From Hypanus sabinus (Eukaryota), in the NCBI RefSeq assembly GCF_030144855.1, contig NC_082738.1, positions 43,772,001 to 43,836,000 on the forward strand: a DNA stretch of 64,000 bases, read 5' to 3'. Below, one piece after another: positions 12,886-25,791 of this stretch; position 1 is the first letter of the stretch, and the number at the start of each line of letters is the position of its first letter. The notes under the pieces were generated by a model. It saw only the letters and a program-made list of their open reading frames with translations. It did not search any database and had not been told where the DNA came from. The translations under genes and the position numbers were made by a program.

Positions 12886-13700
12886 AGAATCAGAATCAAG
12901 TTTAATATCACCAGCACAGGTTGTGAAATTTGTTAACTTTGCAGTCGTCGTCGTCATGGCTATCCCTCGAGGTCGAGGATGATGGTCTTTGCTGTAGCAG
13001 CACATGCAATACATGATAATATGGAAAAAACTGTGAATTACAGTAACTATATAGTTAAATAAGTAATGCAAAAACAAAAAATAAAAAAGTAGTGAGCACT
13101 GTCCATTCAAAAATCCTTAATGATGGACTGCTCTTTGAAGATGTCTTGAACACTACGGAGGCTAGTGCCCATGATGGTAGCAATGAGAACAGGCCATGTC
13201 CTGGATGATGGGAGTCCTTAATGATGGATGCTGCCTTTTGGAGGCATTGCATTGTGCCCTGAAGATGTCCTCCAAGGTACATCTGTCGAAATTTGGTGGT
13301 GTTTTAGTTGACATAACAAATCTCCTCAAACTCCTAATGAAGTATAGCTGCTGTCTGATCTTCTTTATAGCTGCATCAATATGTTAGGATCAGGTTAGGT
13401 CCTCAGAGACATTAACATCCAGGAACCTGAGTTTGTTCACTCTCTCCATTTCTGATCCCTCTATGAAGTCTGGTGTGTGTTCCCTCATCTTACCCTCCTT
13501 GAAGTCCACCATCAGTTGTTTGGTCTTACTGATGTTGAGTGCAAGGTTATTGATGCGACACCACTCAACTACCTGGTACATTTCACTCCTGTACGCCCTC
13601 TCATCTCTATCTGAGATTCTGCCAACAATGGTTATATCATCAGCAAATTTATAGATGGCATTTGAGCTATGTTTAGCACACAGTCATGGGTATAGAGAGA
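12886..13700 (-). mobile_element. Rex1/Babar-like non-LTR retrotransposon 3' fragment
   Basis: RT C-terminal remnant (WCRINNLALNISKTKQLMVDF) and (TCTGAT)n tail at 12886-12900. Confidence 0.6.
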
Positions 13701-13710
13701 GATTTAAATC

Positions 13711-16095
13711 ATCCTTAGCGACAGGTGAGATACCAGAGGATTGAAGGATTGCCGATGTTGTTCTGCTGTTTAAGAAAGACTCTAAAAATAAACCAGAAAA
13801 TTATAGGCTGACATCAGTTGTGGGAAAATTATTGGAAAGCATTCTAAGGGACCGAATATACAAGTATTTGGATAGACATGGACTGATTAAGGATAGTAAG
13901 CATGGCTTTGTGTGTGGTAGATCGTGTTTTTTGAGAAAGTTACCAGGAAAGTTGATGAAAGAAAGGTATTAAATATTGTCTACATGGACTTCGACAAGGT
14001 ATTTGACAAGGTCCTGTATGGGGTGTGGGGGGGGGTGGGGTGGGGGATGTGGTCGGTCAAGAAGGTTTCAAGATGAGGTTGTAAATTGGTTTAGACATCG
14101 GCTTTTTTGGTTAAGCCAGAGAGTGGTAGTAGATGGTTGCCTCTCTGACTAGAGACCTGTGACTAGTGGAGTGCCACAGGGATTGGTGCTGGGTCTGTTG
14201 TTGCTTGTCAACTATATCAACGATCTGGATGATAATGTGGTTAACTGGATCAGCAAATATGCAAATGACACCAAGATTTGACATGTAGCAGACAGCAAGA
14301 AAGACTATCATGGCTTGCAAAGGGATCTGGACCAGCTGGAAAAGTGGGCTGAAAAATGGCAGATGAAATTTAATGCAGACAGGTGTGAAGAGTTGCATTT
14401 TCCTAGGACAAACCAGGGTAGGTCTTACACATTGAATATTAAGACACTGAGGAGTGTGGTAGAACAAAGGGATCTGAAAATACAGGTACATAATTCATTG
14501 AAAGTGGCATCACAGGTTGATAGGTTTATAAAGGAAGCTTTTGGCACATTGACCTCCATAAATCAAAGTATGGAGTACAGGAGATGGGATGTTATGTTGA
14601 AGTTGTACAAGACATTGGTGAGGCCTAATTTGAAGTATTATGTGCAGTTTTGGTCACCCACCTACAGGAAAGATGTAAATAAGGTTGAAAGAATACAAAA
14701 TATTTCAAGTATGTTGCAGTGTCGGGAGGACCTGAGTTATATGGAGAGATTGAATAAGATAGGACTTTATTCTTTGGAACAGAGAAGATTGAGAGGAGAT
14801 TTGATAGTCACATACAAAATTATGAGGGTATAGATAAGGTACACGCAAGCAGGTTTTTTCCACTGAACTTGGGTGGAGCTACAACTAGAGGTCAAGGTTA
14901 AGGGTAAAAGGTGAAAAGTTTAAGGGGAATATGAGGGGAAACATAGAAAATAGGTGCAGGAGTAGGCCAATCAGCCCTTCGAGCCTGCACTGCCATTCAG
15001 TATGATCATGGCTGATCATCTAACTCAGAACCCTGTACCTGCTTTCTCTCCATACCCCCTGATCCCTTTAGCCACAAGGGCCATATCTAACTTCCTCTTA
15101 TATATAGCCAATGAACCGGTCTCAACTGTTTCCTGTGGCAGAGAATTCCACAGATTCACCACTCTCTGTGTGGAGAAGTTTTTCCTCATCTCGGTCCTAA
15201 AAGGCTTCCCCTTTATCCTTAAACTGTGACCCCTCGTTCTGGACTTCCACAACATCGGAAACAATCTTCCTGCATCTAGCCTGTCCAATCCCTTTAGAAT
15301 TTTATACGTTTTAATAAGATCCCCCCCCTCGATCTTCTAAATTCCAGTGAGTATAAGCCTAGTCGATCCAGTCTTTCTTCATATGAAAGTCCTGCTATCC
15401 CAGGAATCAATCTGCTGAGCCTTCTTTGTACTCCCTCTATGGCAAGAATGTCTTTCCTCAGATTAGGGGACCAAAACTGCACACAATACTCTGGGTGTGG
15501 TCTCACCAAGGCCTTGTACAACTGCAGTAGAACCTCCCTGCTCCTGTATTCAAATCCTTTTGCTATGAATGCCAACATACCATTTGCCTTTTTCACCACC
15601 TGCTGTACCTGCATGCCCACCTTCAATGACTGGTGTACAATGACACCCAGGTCTCGTTGCACCTCCCCTTTTCCTAATTGGCCACCAAACAGATAATAAT
15701 CTGTTTTACTGTTCTTGCAACCAAAGTGGATAACCTCACATTTATCCACATTAAATTGCATCTGCCATGAATTTGCCCACTCACCTAACCTATCCAAGTC
15801 ACCCTACATCCTCTTAGCACCCTCCTCACAGCTAACACCGCCGCCCAGCTTCGTATCATCTGCAAACTTGGAGAAACTTTACCACTCAAAGAGTCACAGA
15901 GTGTGGAACATGCTAACAGTGCAAGTACGTGCAAGCTTAATTTCAACATTCAAGATAAGTTTGGATAGGTACGTGGATGGTAAGGGTTATGGAGAGCTAT
16001 GGTCCCAGTGCAGGTCAATGGGAGTAGGCAGTTTAAATGGCTCACCACAGACTAGCTGGGCTGAACGACCTGTTTCTGTGCTGGACTTCTTTGAC
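13711..16095 (+). mobile_element. CR1-clade LINE RT fragment, interrupted by a second CR1
   Basis: GVPQG motif, QRDLDQLEKWAEKWQMKFN, LYKTLVRP..YYVQFWSP. Sequence resumes after 15872 with a short gaaac duplication. Confidence 0.85.
14942..15872 (-). mobile_element. CR1-clade LINE 3' fragment nested in the opposite orientation
   Basis: ORFs 15294-15797 and 15025-15288 (WQMQFNVDKCEVIHFG, FSTQRVVNLWNSLP) and a ttctatgt tail. Confidence 0.85.
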
Positions 16096-17309
16096 TCCAT
16101 GACAATTTTAATAATAGATCACAAAATAACAAGCCACAAGGAGCCACAAAACGATAGAGAACAAAAACTAAATACAACAGACAATAAGATAAACTTTAGG
16201 CAGGGAGACTGAAAACTAGGAGAAACTGGTTGAGACCGGTTGGTTTGATGAGTGAACAAGGTGTCATGAGCCCTGCAGCTTGCCATAGAGTGAGGTTCTA
16301 GGATTTTTGAACACCTGTGTTTACTAAATATCTTAGAGTTGATAAACCCTTGTGTTTTTGGTTTAATCTTGTTAAATTAATAGTGGCTGGCATTTTTCTT
16401 TCCATGATTACTCTCATTTAGTGCTGTGGGGGGGGGGGGTCATTGTGTTGGAGGGAATGAAAATGGCTTGAGGTGTTGTCCAAACACTCCTGTGGCTCTG
16501 TTGGTCTTCTGATATCAAACCTCTTGTTTCTGTCTTTGTGAGTGTATGACTGGACTGGATATTGGACTGGATGAGAACTAGGATTAAATAGTCTGCAAGT
16601 CTACAACAAGAGGCAGGTGAATCCTATTACCTGGGAGGAGACTGGAAGGTGCCTGCATGTGTAGGCAGGGACATGTCAGTAGGAGCAGGCCTGGCAGCTA
16701 TCCCATGAGTTTTTTAACAATGAGTTAGTGTTAGGGAGTAAAACTACTGCCTGAATGTTGTTAGCCATCTCCACTATGTTAAACAGGATAGCAGCATTAT
16801 CAGTAATGTGCAAGGCTGAGTTCTCCAGATTATTAGGGAAAAGGAGTGAATTAATAACATGAAATAATTTTGGAAGGGGATCTGCAACTATTCCTATTTC
16901 TGAACGTTATTGCATGTAGGTAGGGACTGCTTCAGTTCCCAAAACATTGTGAATGGAATTGATCATCAAACATTCTCTCTCCTGACATGAAGATCATTGA
17001 TGATCAGTTGAAAATGACCAGAGGAGACTCCTCTGAACTATGGATGAGTTACTTCCAGCAGTCTGCCCTTTGTTCCAAGCATTCTTTCTGCTTTCCTTAA
17101 TCTAAATAGGGACTATGTAAAGTATGTGAAAGTACACTCTGGAAGCTCCTCATTAGTTGCAATGTGCTGTGGGAGATCCTGACAAGTTGCCTGTCTTTTT
17201 CACCCAAGAGCTTCTTTAAGTCTAATAAGCAAAGGTAAGTTTTTCTTCCACATTCATTCTAAGTTAAAATGATGGCTTGATTAGACTGAGTTTGACTTTG
17301 GCCTCTGAT

Positions 17310-17551
17310 GCCGATGACATTGGGCGCAAGACACGTGGCAACTGCCGACATGCGCTGTCGGGTCGCGTGGCGCGCCACGTGACTTCCCACGTGCGAGGAG
17401 CGTGTCGCCTTTCGCTTCGCACCCTCGCGGAGCCGGGTAGACCGTTGGAGAGTTTTGCCAGTTGGGATTTTTCTCGATTGATCGAGAAGGTTAGCCGAGT
17501 GTGTTGAAGCGAGCAGACCGCACGGTTTTGGGCCTTCGGAGTTGAAAGAAT
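17310..17551 (+). promoter_or_regulatory. CpG-rich CNTD1 promoter/5'UTR
   Basis: Local CpG enrichment; three CACGTG E-boxes (17332, 17376, 17388); MYB-type CAACTG/CCGTTG/CAGTTG (17339, 17442, 17459); reverse CCAAT at 17319. Confidence 0.65.
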
Positions 17552-17735
17552 ATGGAGAAAACGATGGTCGTGAACGCGGACCAGAGTTGGGGCTGTTCCC
17601 GACTGCCCCCTGAACTAGTGCTCTTCACCGGAGAGATGCTGGAAGAGTTTCTCGTGGATGTGGCGAAAAAAAATAAAAATAACCTGTTGAAGCTGTCCCA
17701 GCACGCAGGAGCTTTCAAAAAGACACGATTAATAG
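17552..17735 (+). CDS. CNTD1: Cyclin N-terminal domain-containing protein 1, coding exon 1
   Basis: MEKTMVV...FKKTRLI, donor G|gtgag; splices in frame to exon 2. The start codon could instead be the second ATG (17564). Confidence 0.8.
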
Positions 17736-17838
17736 GTGAGGCCAGGCATCTGCCTATCGAGTTCAAAAGCGGCTCTGTACTTTTCACTCACAAGTAACTT
17801 CTCTCCCTCCCTCCCTCCCTCTATCTCTCTCATCACAG

Positions 17839-17914
17839 AATTTATTTTCCTTCTCTGTGATCAATTGGGGCTTCATCATCTAATCAGATACCAAGCAGTG
17901 GAACTACTGGACAG
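17839..17914 (+). CDS. CNTD1: CNTD1 exon 2
   Basis: EFIFLLCDQLGLHHLIRYQAVELLDR, resembling human EFVFLLSE..YQAVEILER; cag/gtaa sites. Confidence 0.92.
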
Positions 17915-18993
17915 GTAAATGAGCATTACAGTTAGATAGTGAATTCCTGGTGACATTTTAAGTTTGCCGTCTGAGAAATATGCTGTATGGTGTTGAAAAA
18001 TACTATTTCCGACCCCACCTTGAATGATGTAGAAAACAATTAGTAAACTAAGTTATTTCCACTCTTTTCAAATGATAACTAGGTTCTCCTTCAATTTGCC
18101 TACTGGAGCAGCAGGTCCACAGCAGATGCCATTTCATTGGCTCTTCACTAAAATTTGGACAGCGAAGATACATATATCAGGATGCTCTTTATTGACTATA
18201 GCTTGGCATTCAATACCACCATCCCTTTTAAACTAAACCTATAAGCTCCAAGTCCTTGGTGTCATTACTCCCTTTTCAATCCTTGATTCCTTCACTTGCA
18301 GTCCCTAGTCAGTTTGGATTGGCAACAACTCCTCCACAATCTCCATCAGCCAGGTATATCACAACAACATTTCAGCTCCTGTACTGATTGATGTTCGTCC
18401 TCGGGTGAGATATGATAACTTTGCAAAATGTTTTGCATTCATTTTAAAGTCACAATGAAACCTGAATCATTCATGAAGTTTTAAATTGACTGTTCTTTTT
18501 ATTTCGCTATAAAAACAAGTTATATTAGATTGTTTGTATCCAGTAGCAGTAATTTTTTAAAGTGTAAATTTATTAGGTATGATGGAATTTGTAAGGAAAT
18601 AATATCCATCTGGATAAATGTTCATCTTGGGGGGAAAATAATATCCACTAGAGTGTGAACAACCTGTAACTTATGAACTAATTTAAGCTAAACTGAATAA
18701 AACAGGATTATTTTGAATAGCAATAGAGGAGCAACTGAGAGGAAATAAAGCCTGATATCAGACTTCAATGGCAAGAATAGCCTAACATGTGAGTCTGTTG
18801 ATAATGCAGTACACCAAGGCATCATGGATAATAAAGGAGTTTCTGTGAGTACACATTAGAGAGGGGGGGAAAAAAGAAAAATTGAAAAGTTGAGTTCACA
18901 CAGCTTGAGAGATTTCATGACTTTAAGAATTTATAAGATTTGAAAGAAATGACACTAACTATAATAACATTTCAAATTTGCTTTATTTTGCAG

Positions 18994-19162
18994 GTTTATG
19001 ATTCAATACATTGATAAACTGTATCCATCTAGGTGCTCAGATTCAAACAATGATTCGGAAAACTTTGACTGGATACTGAAGCAGACTGCAGTCCAAGAAC
19101 ATTTTGTGCTACGAATTATGTCTTGTGTTCAAATAGCAAGCAAGATCTCATTCCATTACCAA
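18994..19162 (+). CDS. CNTD1: CNTD1 exon 3
   Basis: FMIQY...LRIMSCVQIASKISFHYQ (cyclin-box helix); canonical splice sites, phase consistent. Confidence 0.92.
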
Positions 19163-19279
19163 GTAACCTTTTTAGAATATATCTGAATAATGTTGTTGGG
19201 ACATTCAATACAAGTTCTGTCTTGATGTTTTACTGGAATAGAAGATGTGATTGATTTACTTACTTGCCTCTTCTTTCAG

Positions 19280-19442
19280 GTTGTTAATAATGCCATGGCC
19301 CTTAAGTTCCTTCGGTCTCTTGGCTTTTCATACAAAAGCGCAAATCTCCTGGATTCAGAGCTCCTTGTTCTCAAAACTCTGAATTTTCAAGTCAATGTTC
19401 CTTCCCCTTTCACACACACTGAACTACTAGTAGTAGTCATGG
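19280..19442 (+). CDS. CNTD1: CNTD1 exon 4
   Basis: VVNNAMALKFLRSLG...SELLVLKTLNFQVNVPSP; cag/gtgagt. Confidence 0.92.
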
Positions 19443-21059
19443 GTGAGTCCAAAAATTGTAATTAATATTTTACTAAATATAAGGTGTATTTTAATCAAAT
19501 GTTTAACCTCTGGGAAGGAATTGAATAAGAATGCAAATTTAGAGAAGAGAAATTATTCCTTTTGTCCAGTGATCAGCACTCAACCCATAACATAAAATTA
19601 GATGATCAGGTCATGGTCACAGTGTTGTTTGTGGAAAATTTTGAGCCTGTATTAGTTGCCTTGTTTTTAATGCTACAACACGGGATATATTTCAAAATGC
19701 ACTTATTAGGCTGCAGAGCTCTTTAGAATTTCCTGAGCAAAAGGTGCCATATCAGTGTAAGATTTTAATTGGGAACAGTTAAATATATAGATCTCCCTTT
19801 TTCCTTTTACAGTTTTTTTTTCTCAAGGCTTCCCTGTCGTTGTGCAGTATATTTAATTAATCTGTTTCTTTACCCACTTTTACTCCCACCCTTAAGAATC
19901 TGGGGAAAGCTGTTTTTAATCAAAATCCTACTTATGTAATCTCTTGACTTGTTCACTCTGTGCTAGTGCACTACTTGCATTTCTATGAATTCCATTTGTC
20001 ACTTTCCCAAATATCACATTTTCCCTGCATTTTACAGCTTTTTACTAGCCTGACTATTTTTTATATGCACGATTTTCTCTTATTTGTTCATAATTGTTAT
20101 GTGTCATATAAGTAATAGACATGTGCTATTAGCCCAGTGGACTCCCTCTGCAAACACCTCCCCAATCACTATCATTGAGCTAATTTTAAATGATTTTTTT
20201 CTCTCTTGATTCCTGAAGTTTCTTATTCTGATCAGTCTGCCTACGGACCTTGTCATATCCATTGCTAAAATTTGTGGATAGCATATCCCTTGATGATCCT
20301 CCACAATACCTCCTTAAAAAGGTCACTTAAAATGCATATAATCTAGACTGATAATATCTGCTTAAGCAGCATTCTTTCTCAAAATTTCTTGTATTTCTAT
20401 TGTCAATGCTTCACTGATTTGTTGCTAGAACATCCACTGTTCCCTACCCTACCCTTCATTGTTTTTGCCTCTTTCTATTATATCCAGTATTCCACAATTA
20501 ATAATAGCTTCTGTGTTTTCTAGCAAAAAAAGTCAACTTTGATCATAGCCATCTTTAACATTTACACATACTAATTACCTATTTTTATCTTTAACAAACC
20601 TTTGATACCTCTTTGCCCTTAATATATTTGTGTTTTGAGTTTCTTGAGTTTTTTCTCAGTTTCATTTTTAATTTGTGCTTTCTATACCATAAGCTGTCAA
20701 CTGAAATGACTTCTTGGTTTGTGACCAAGTTTTCCTTTCATCTTATTCAATACACAGTACTCCAACCTCCAATCTTTTACCATAATGCCAAATGAAATAA
20801 AAACCTCTGCTACACTAAGACTCATACATTCACATAATATAAAAGGTAAATCAATTTGAAACAATCTTTTTCACTTGGGCAGTAACACAATCAAGTCAGC
20901 ATTGTTTTCAATAATATCAAGTTTTGTTATGTTTAAATGACCAAGTGTTACTTTGTAGTAGAATTGATTTTGTGTGATTGATTGTGAAAAGTAAGCATAA
21001 AAAATTTAAGACTATTTAGACTACTCTTTACAATTACCTATTTAACATTACCTTTGTAG

Positions 21060-21204
21060 GGTATAATAATCCATCTGTTCCCGTTAAGCATTTGCACAGT
21101 ATTTCTCTGAAGGTGCTGACATATGTTTATATAAGGAGAAACACTATCTATGAAAGTTTATTAAAAACTACTCTTCAAAATTCCACACCTACTGAACTCC
21201 AGAG
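21060..21204 (+). CDS. CNTD1: CNTD1 exon 5
   Basis: GYNNPSVPVKHLH...IYESLLKTTLQNSTPTELQR; donor AG|GCAAGT (GC). Confidence 0.88.
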
Positions 21205-21954
21205 GCAAGTACTTTTCTTTGTACATTACTAACTTTGCTTAAAATTGGTTACGTTTGTATTTTTAAAATTCGTAAGCAAGGGATTCCAGATGACAAAAAC
21301 AAACCCCCAACCCAGTTGACTAGGATAATCATTTATTCAGATATGCTGTATATTGCAAATCTAATACAAATTGTTCACTTAAATGTTGTTGCTTTTATTT
21401 TATGAGAAATTTTGCTTTTTTTTTCTCCCTGTTGGGTAGGAAGATAAATACTGGTATTAATGAACACAAACATACTTAGCCCTGGCCAGCAGCAATCTCC
21501 TTTTGGGACAACGAGTCACCAACTTCCAGGCTTGTATTTAGAAATATGGAAATTAGAGACCAGCTGAATATTTTTTGCTACTGCTTTTGATTTCACAAAT
21601 CTATTAAACTTGCATTAAAATTCAGCAACAGAGCACCAACACACTGAGCCAAGTGGAATAAATAACAGAATCCCATTTATTTGGATGTGGTCACTAATTT
21701 TGCTTAATAAAGAACATTTTACAAGTCATTGCTTGTGGCCTTCAGTGCCATTTCAAGACAGCCACAGAATCCCCAACTACCAGTTGATCAATGGATTTGC
21801 AAATTATAGGTGCATCTGAAGCGAAAGCACAGACTATAGGCTGTAAGGAGCACAATTCAGTCCAATAATTGCTTGGTATAAAATAAATGTCTCTGTTGCT
21901 ATTTGAGAGTATTTCCATGAAGGAAGTCTTTATTGTCACAAATCTGAGAATAAA

Positions 21955-23215
21955 GATGTGTATTGGTAAGTTTACCTTTGTATTTTCATCTTTTTGCTTT
22001 TTCAGTTGTCTTCTGTAGGTTTTTTTTAAAAGTTCCTAACCCTTTAGCTTCCCTACTAATTTTTACTTTATTGTATACCCTCTCTTTTGCTTCTATTTCT
22101 TTGACTTGCCTGATCTTTCTTTGGGATGAATGGATGCTGCACCTTCCAAATGACTCCTAGAAACTCCAGCCATTGCTACTCCACTGTAATCCCTGCTAGT
22201 ATCACCTTCCAGTCAACTTTGGCCAGCTCCTCGCTCATGCTTCTGTAGTTATCTGTACTCAACTGTGATGTTGATACATCTGACTTTATCTTCTCAACCT
22301 GCAGGACAAATTGTATAATATTATGATTACTACCTCCTAAGGGTTCCTTTACTTTAAGCTCCCTAATCAAATGTGGTTAATTGCACAACACCACAGTCAG
22401 AATTGCCTTTTCCATAGTGGTCTTGACACCAAGCTGCTCTAAAATGCCATCTCCTAGGCATTCCACAAATTCCCTCTTGGGATCTAGAACTGACTTGATT
22501 TTCCCCAATCAACCTGTATATTGAAATCCTTTCTCTCCCTTCTCTCTCCCCCCCCCCCCCAATTATCATAATTCCCACCAAGGTCTTTTTACCTTTGCAG
22601 TTTCTTAACTCTACACATGATTGTACATTTTCTGATCCCATAACGCTTTCTAAGGATTTGATTTCATTTTTTGCCAACAGAGGCACCCCACCCCCTCTAT
22701 GCACCTACCTGTATTTTCAATAGAATGTGTATCCTTGGAAGATGTTTCAACCATGGTTTTTGTGATGTCCACAACATCATACCAGCCAATTTGTAACTGG
22801 GCTTATAGCACAGTTAGCTCATGTAATCAAATAGCAACTTCAGTCCTCTATTCACCACCTTTCTCAATTTTGTCTTCATATTACCTTAAGTTAAATTCTT
22901 ATCTCTTTCTAAACTTTGTCAAATTCTTTATTCTGGAGACTCCTGTAACCTTTTCTAGACTCTCCTTCCCTTTTACTTTATCCATAGGTTTTCCATAGCA
23001 TCCCCCTACTATTTTAAAGCCCTATCCATATCCCTAGATAGTGATTTGCCAGGATCCTGGTTCCAGCATAGTTCAGGTGGGCCGACCCATCAGAACATCT
23101 CCCTCCTTCCCCAATACTGGTGCCAGTGTCCCGCAAACTCAACACCACTTCTCTCACACCAATCTTTGAGGCACATATTTAATTCTGATCTTATTAACCC
23201 TATGCCAATTTGCTC
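21955..23215 (-). mobile_element. Degraded CR1-clade LINE (endonuclease region) in CNTD1 intron 5
   Basis: ORF remnants RGGGVPLL..ELRNCKGKKTLVG and EPLGGSNHNIIQF. Confidence 0.65.
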
Positions 23216-24312
23216 ATGGATCAGATCACTTACTCCTCACAACCACCTCCCAACCAATGCAAGAAGGTACCACATTTACTCTTTTTCATTTAGAGCCCTT
23301 GGGATTGGGGAAGACTACTTCTACTACAGGTTTGTGGCCATTGGGGGAAGCTCCAAATTCTTCCAAAGACAATCTGTGCAGTCACAGATTACTGATCTGT
23401 GAGGTGACCTGTTCCTCCACCATCACACTGGACTTTATGCACTAATGCACTGCCTCAAAGTTTGCAGTTTCATCCTGAAAGCTCATTCCCTAATTTGAAC
23501 AGATATGCAGGAGTTGGTGGGGATTTCTTCAGGGAGGCTTTCAGAACATCATTGAATCCTGTACTTTATCCATGACTTATTTCAGAGTTAATAAGTACTC
23601 AAGCAAGGGAAATGAGTGCAAGATAAAAATGAAAGATCACAAACACAAGGTGAAACAGGATCCAGGTGGAGAATTTGCAGTCTGGGAAACAGCAGGTGGA
23701 GACAGCCCGAATCAGCAGTGAGCAGTTGGGAGTAAGAGACAGACTGGGCAAGAATAGTTTGGAAGGCAGGGCTAGGGAGGGGTGGTGGTGGGTTACAGTG
23801 ACAGATGGAAGGGGAATGATAAAGCGTGAGAGTGCCAAAATGGAGGGATCATGGAAGGAGGATAAAAGGGTGGGGGATTGGAGGGAAAGGAGATACTGTA
23901 GAGGGGAGTGGATTGGGGTTAAAAGTTAGGAAGAAAGCAAAGGAAGAGTATGTGGGAGAAAGCATGTGTGTTTGTGTCCACCCGAGTACATGATCAGCTG
24001 TGTGGGTATAGGTTAACAGTGTCCATCTTAAGTTTCCTTGTCCTTGGACCAAGACCTTATTATTTTATACACTCAGTAACTAGTGCGCAAAGACCTTTTC
24101 ACATTAAGTTATCAACTTCCACTCCTTAAATGCTGGAGTAGAAGCAAGTCATCCTCAATTGTGAGGAATGAGTCCTTATCCAAGGAAGTTTAGCTAACCA
24201 ATTTAAAGTGCAAACAGCCAGTTTATGTAAAATGCACTTTTTTGTTTTATGTCTTAGTTGTTTCAAAATCTATCATGTGCAAATGACAAATAACATTTCA
24301 ACTTTATCATAG

Positions 24313-24409
24313 AGCAAAATTTTTATCGGTGAAGGAGGATTGCATGCTTTTAGCCGCTGGGGTTATTGGAGCAAGTGCATTTATACTGAACTATTCACCG
24401 TGGTACAAG
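24313..24409 (+). CDS. CNTD1: CNTD1 exon 6
   Basis: AKFLSVKEDCMLLAAGVIGASAFILNYSPWYK, resembling human EKFTSVKEDFMLLAVGIIAASAFI. Confidence 0.92.
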
Positions 24410-24558
24410 GTAGTAAACAATACAAATATAAAAATACTATTGTGCTAGAAATCAATGAGTTTTGTTCTTTAGTCTCATATCTTGCAGTAATTACTGTAAT
24501 TGCAACTGTAAAGTAATGAATTGTTTCAAATATCTCAATTTGTGTTTTTGTTTTTAAG

Positions 24559-24654
24559 GTTGTACAGCAGCTTGCCTCAATTAGTGGTGTAACAGAAGAG
24601 AGTATCTTTGAGTTTTCTCAAATAATATTACAACATATTTACCAAACCATTTAA
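24559..24654 (+). CDS. CNTD1: CNTD1 exon 7 (terminal)
   Basis: VVQQLASISGVTEESIFEFSQIILQHIYQTI*. Total CDS is 930 nt = 309 aa. Candidate ATTAAA signals at 24831 and 24902. Confidence 0.88.
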   Translation, partial: VVQQLASISGVTEESIFEFSQIILQHIYQTI

Positions 24655-25791
24655 AATATGTACGTTCATAAGCATATATTGTATTTTGCTAGTGTAGTGA
24701 TGATATGAACTCACCATTGCACTAATTCTTATTGCATGAGACATGCAATTAATTTGAAAACATTTTATTCTATTTAAAAAAAAATTCTTATTGTTTTATG
24801 TTATTTGATGTGGAAAGTTAACATGATTGAATTAAACAGTGCTCTGAATTAATTTTTTAGATCTGAGTGCACAAGTGGAGATTTAGTTTATGTTCAATTT
24901 CATTAAAGTATACTACAATATACACAAGTTGTTTATCAAATGATTATCTAATTTAAAGAACAAACTCCTCTACATTAGTTCTACACTTATTTTTGCACTC
25001 TTGTGGCCTCCTCCCTCCCCCACCAAGACTGCCCTCCAATACCATTATTGCTGGTGCAGTTCCTGCCGCCCACACCCACCGGTGCAGGATTTTGATGACC
25101 CCTTCCAACCCATTTGCTCCAGTGGCATTAGCAAGGGTCTTCAAAATCATTCCACCATCCTACTCCCTGCATATACTGCGGAAGTACAAAGCTCCAACAG
25201 AGCAAATTGCAAATTTTTGTTCCAGTTTAATTTGTGGTGTAAGAGTAAGATTCTGAATTGGGTGAAAGCCAGTTTCACCGTCAAACAGGACCTGGCAAAT
25301 GTAGACCGGAAGCAGCTAACTGGAAAATGTACATCCAACAAGTGGGAATCTTTTAAAAGTGAAACCGAGTTCAGGTCCCATACGTTATTACAAGGGTGAA
25401 GGGCAAGAGAACCCTGGAGGCAAAGAGACACCAAGGAAGCAGATGTTAGATGTAGAGGTTTGAAAATGGAGATTTTTCCAGTAGTGAGTGTCGGTGGGAT
25501 TCTTTTATTTTAAAAAAATAAATTAATTAAAAATAAATAAATAAATAGATTTGGGGGGCAATGAGAAGTATCAGTGGAAGATAAGAAAAATCCCAAGGCA
25601 TTTTGAGTATATTGATAAGAGGGTAGTCGGGGAGATGGTGAGGAAGATGCAGGGAAGAACCTATAGGATGGTTGAAGTTTGGAATTTACTGCCTGAGAGG
25701 GTGGTGCAGGTAGAGATTCTCATAATATTTATGTAGTTGGAGGAGCACTGAATCTCCAACGTAAAGGCAGGCTGCAGATGAATTGCAGGTA

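Noticed and set aside
17736-17838. Read-through ORF 17552-17797 as a separate small protein
   Set aside because: It is CNTD1 exon 1 running into a 103-nt intron with canonical splice sites.
23230-23950. Possible Penelope GIY-YIG remnant and purine-rich tract in CNTD1 intron 5
   Set aside because: Too degraded to support by eye.
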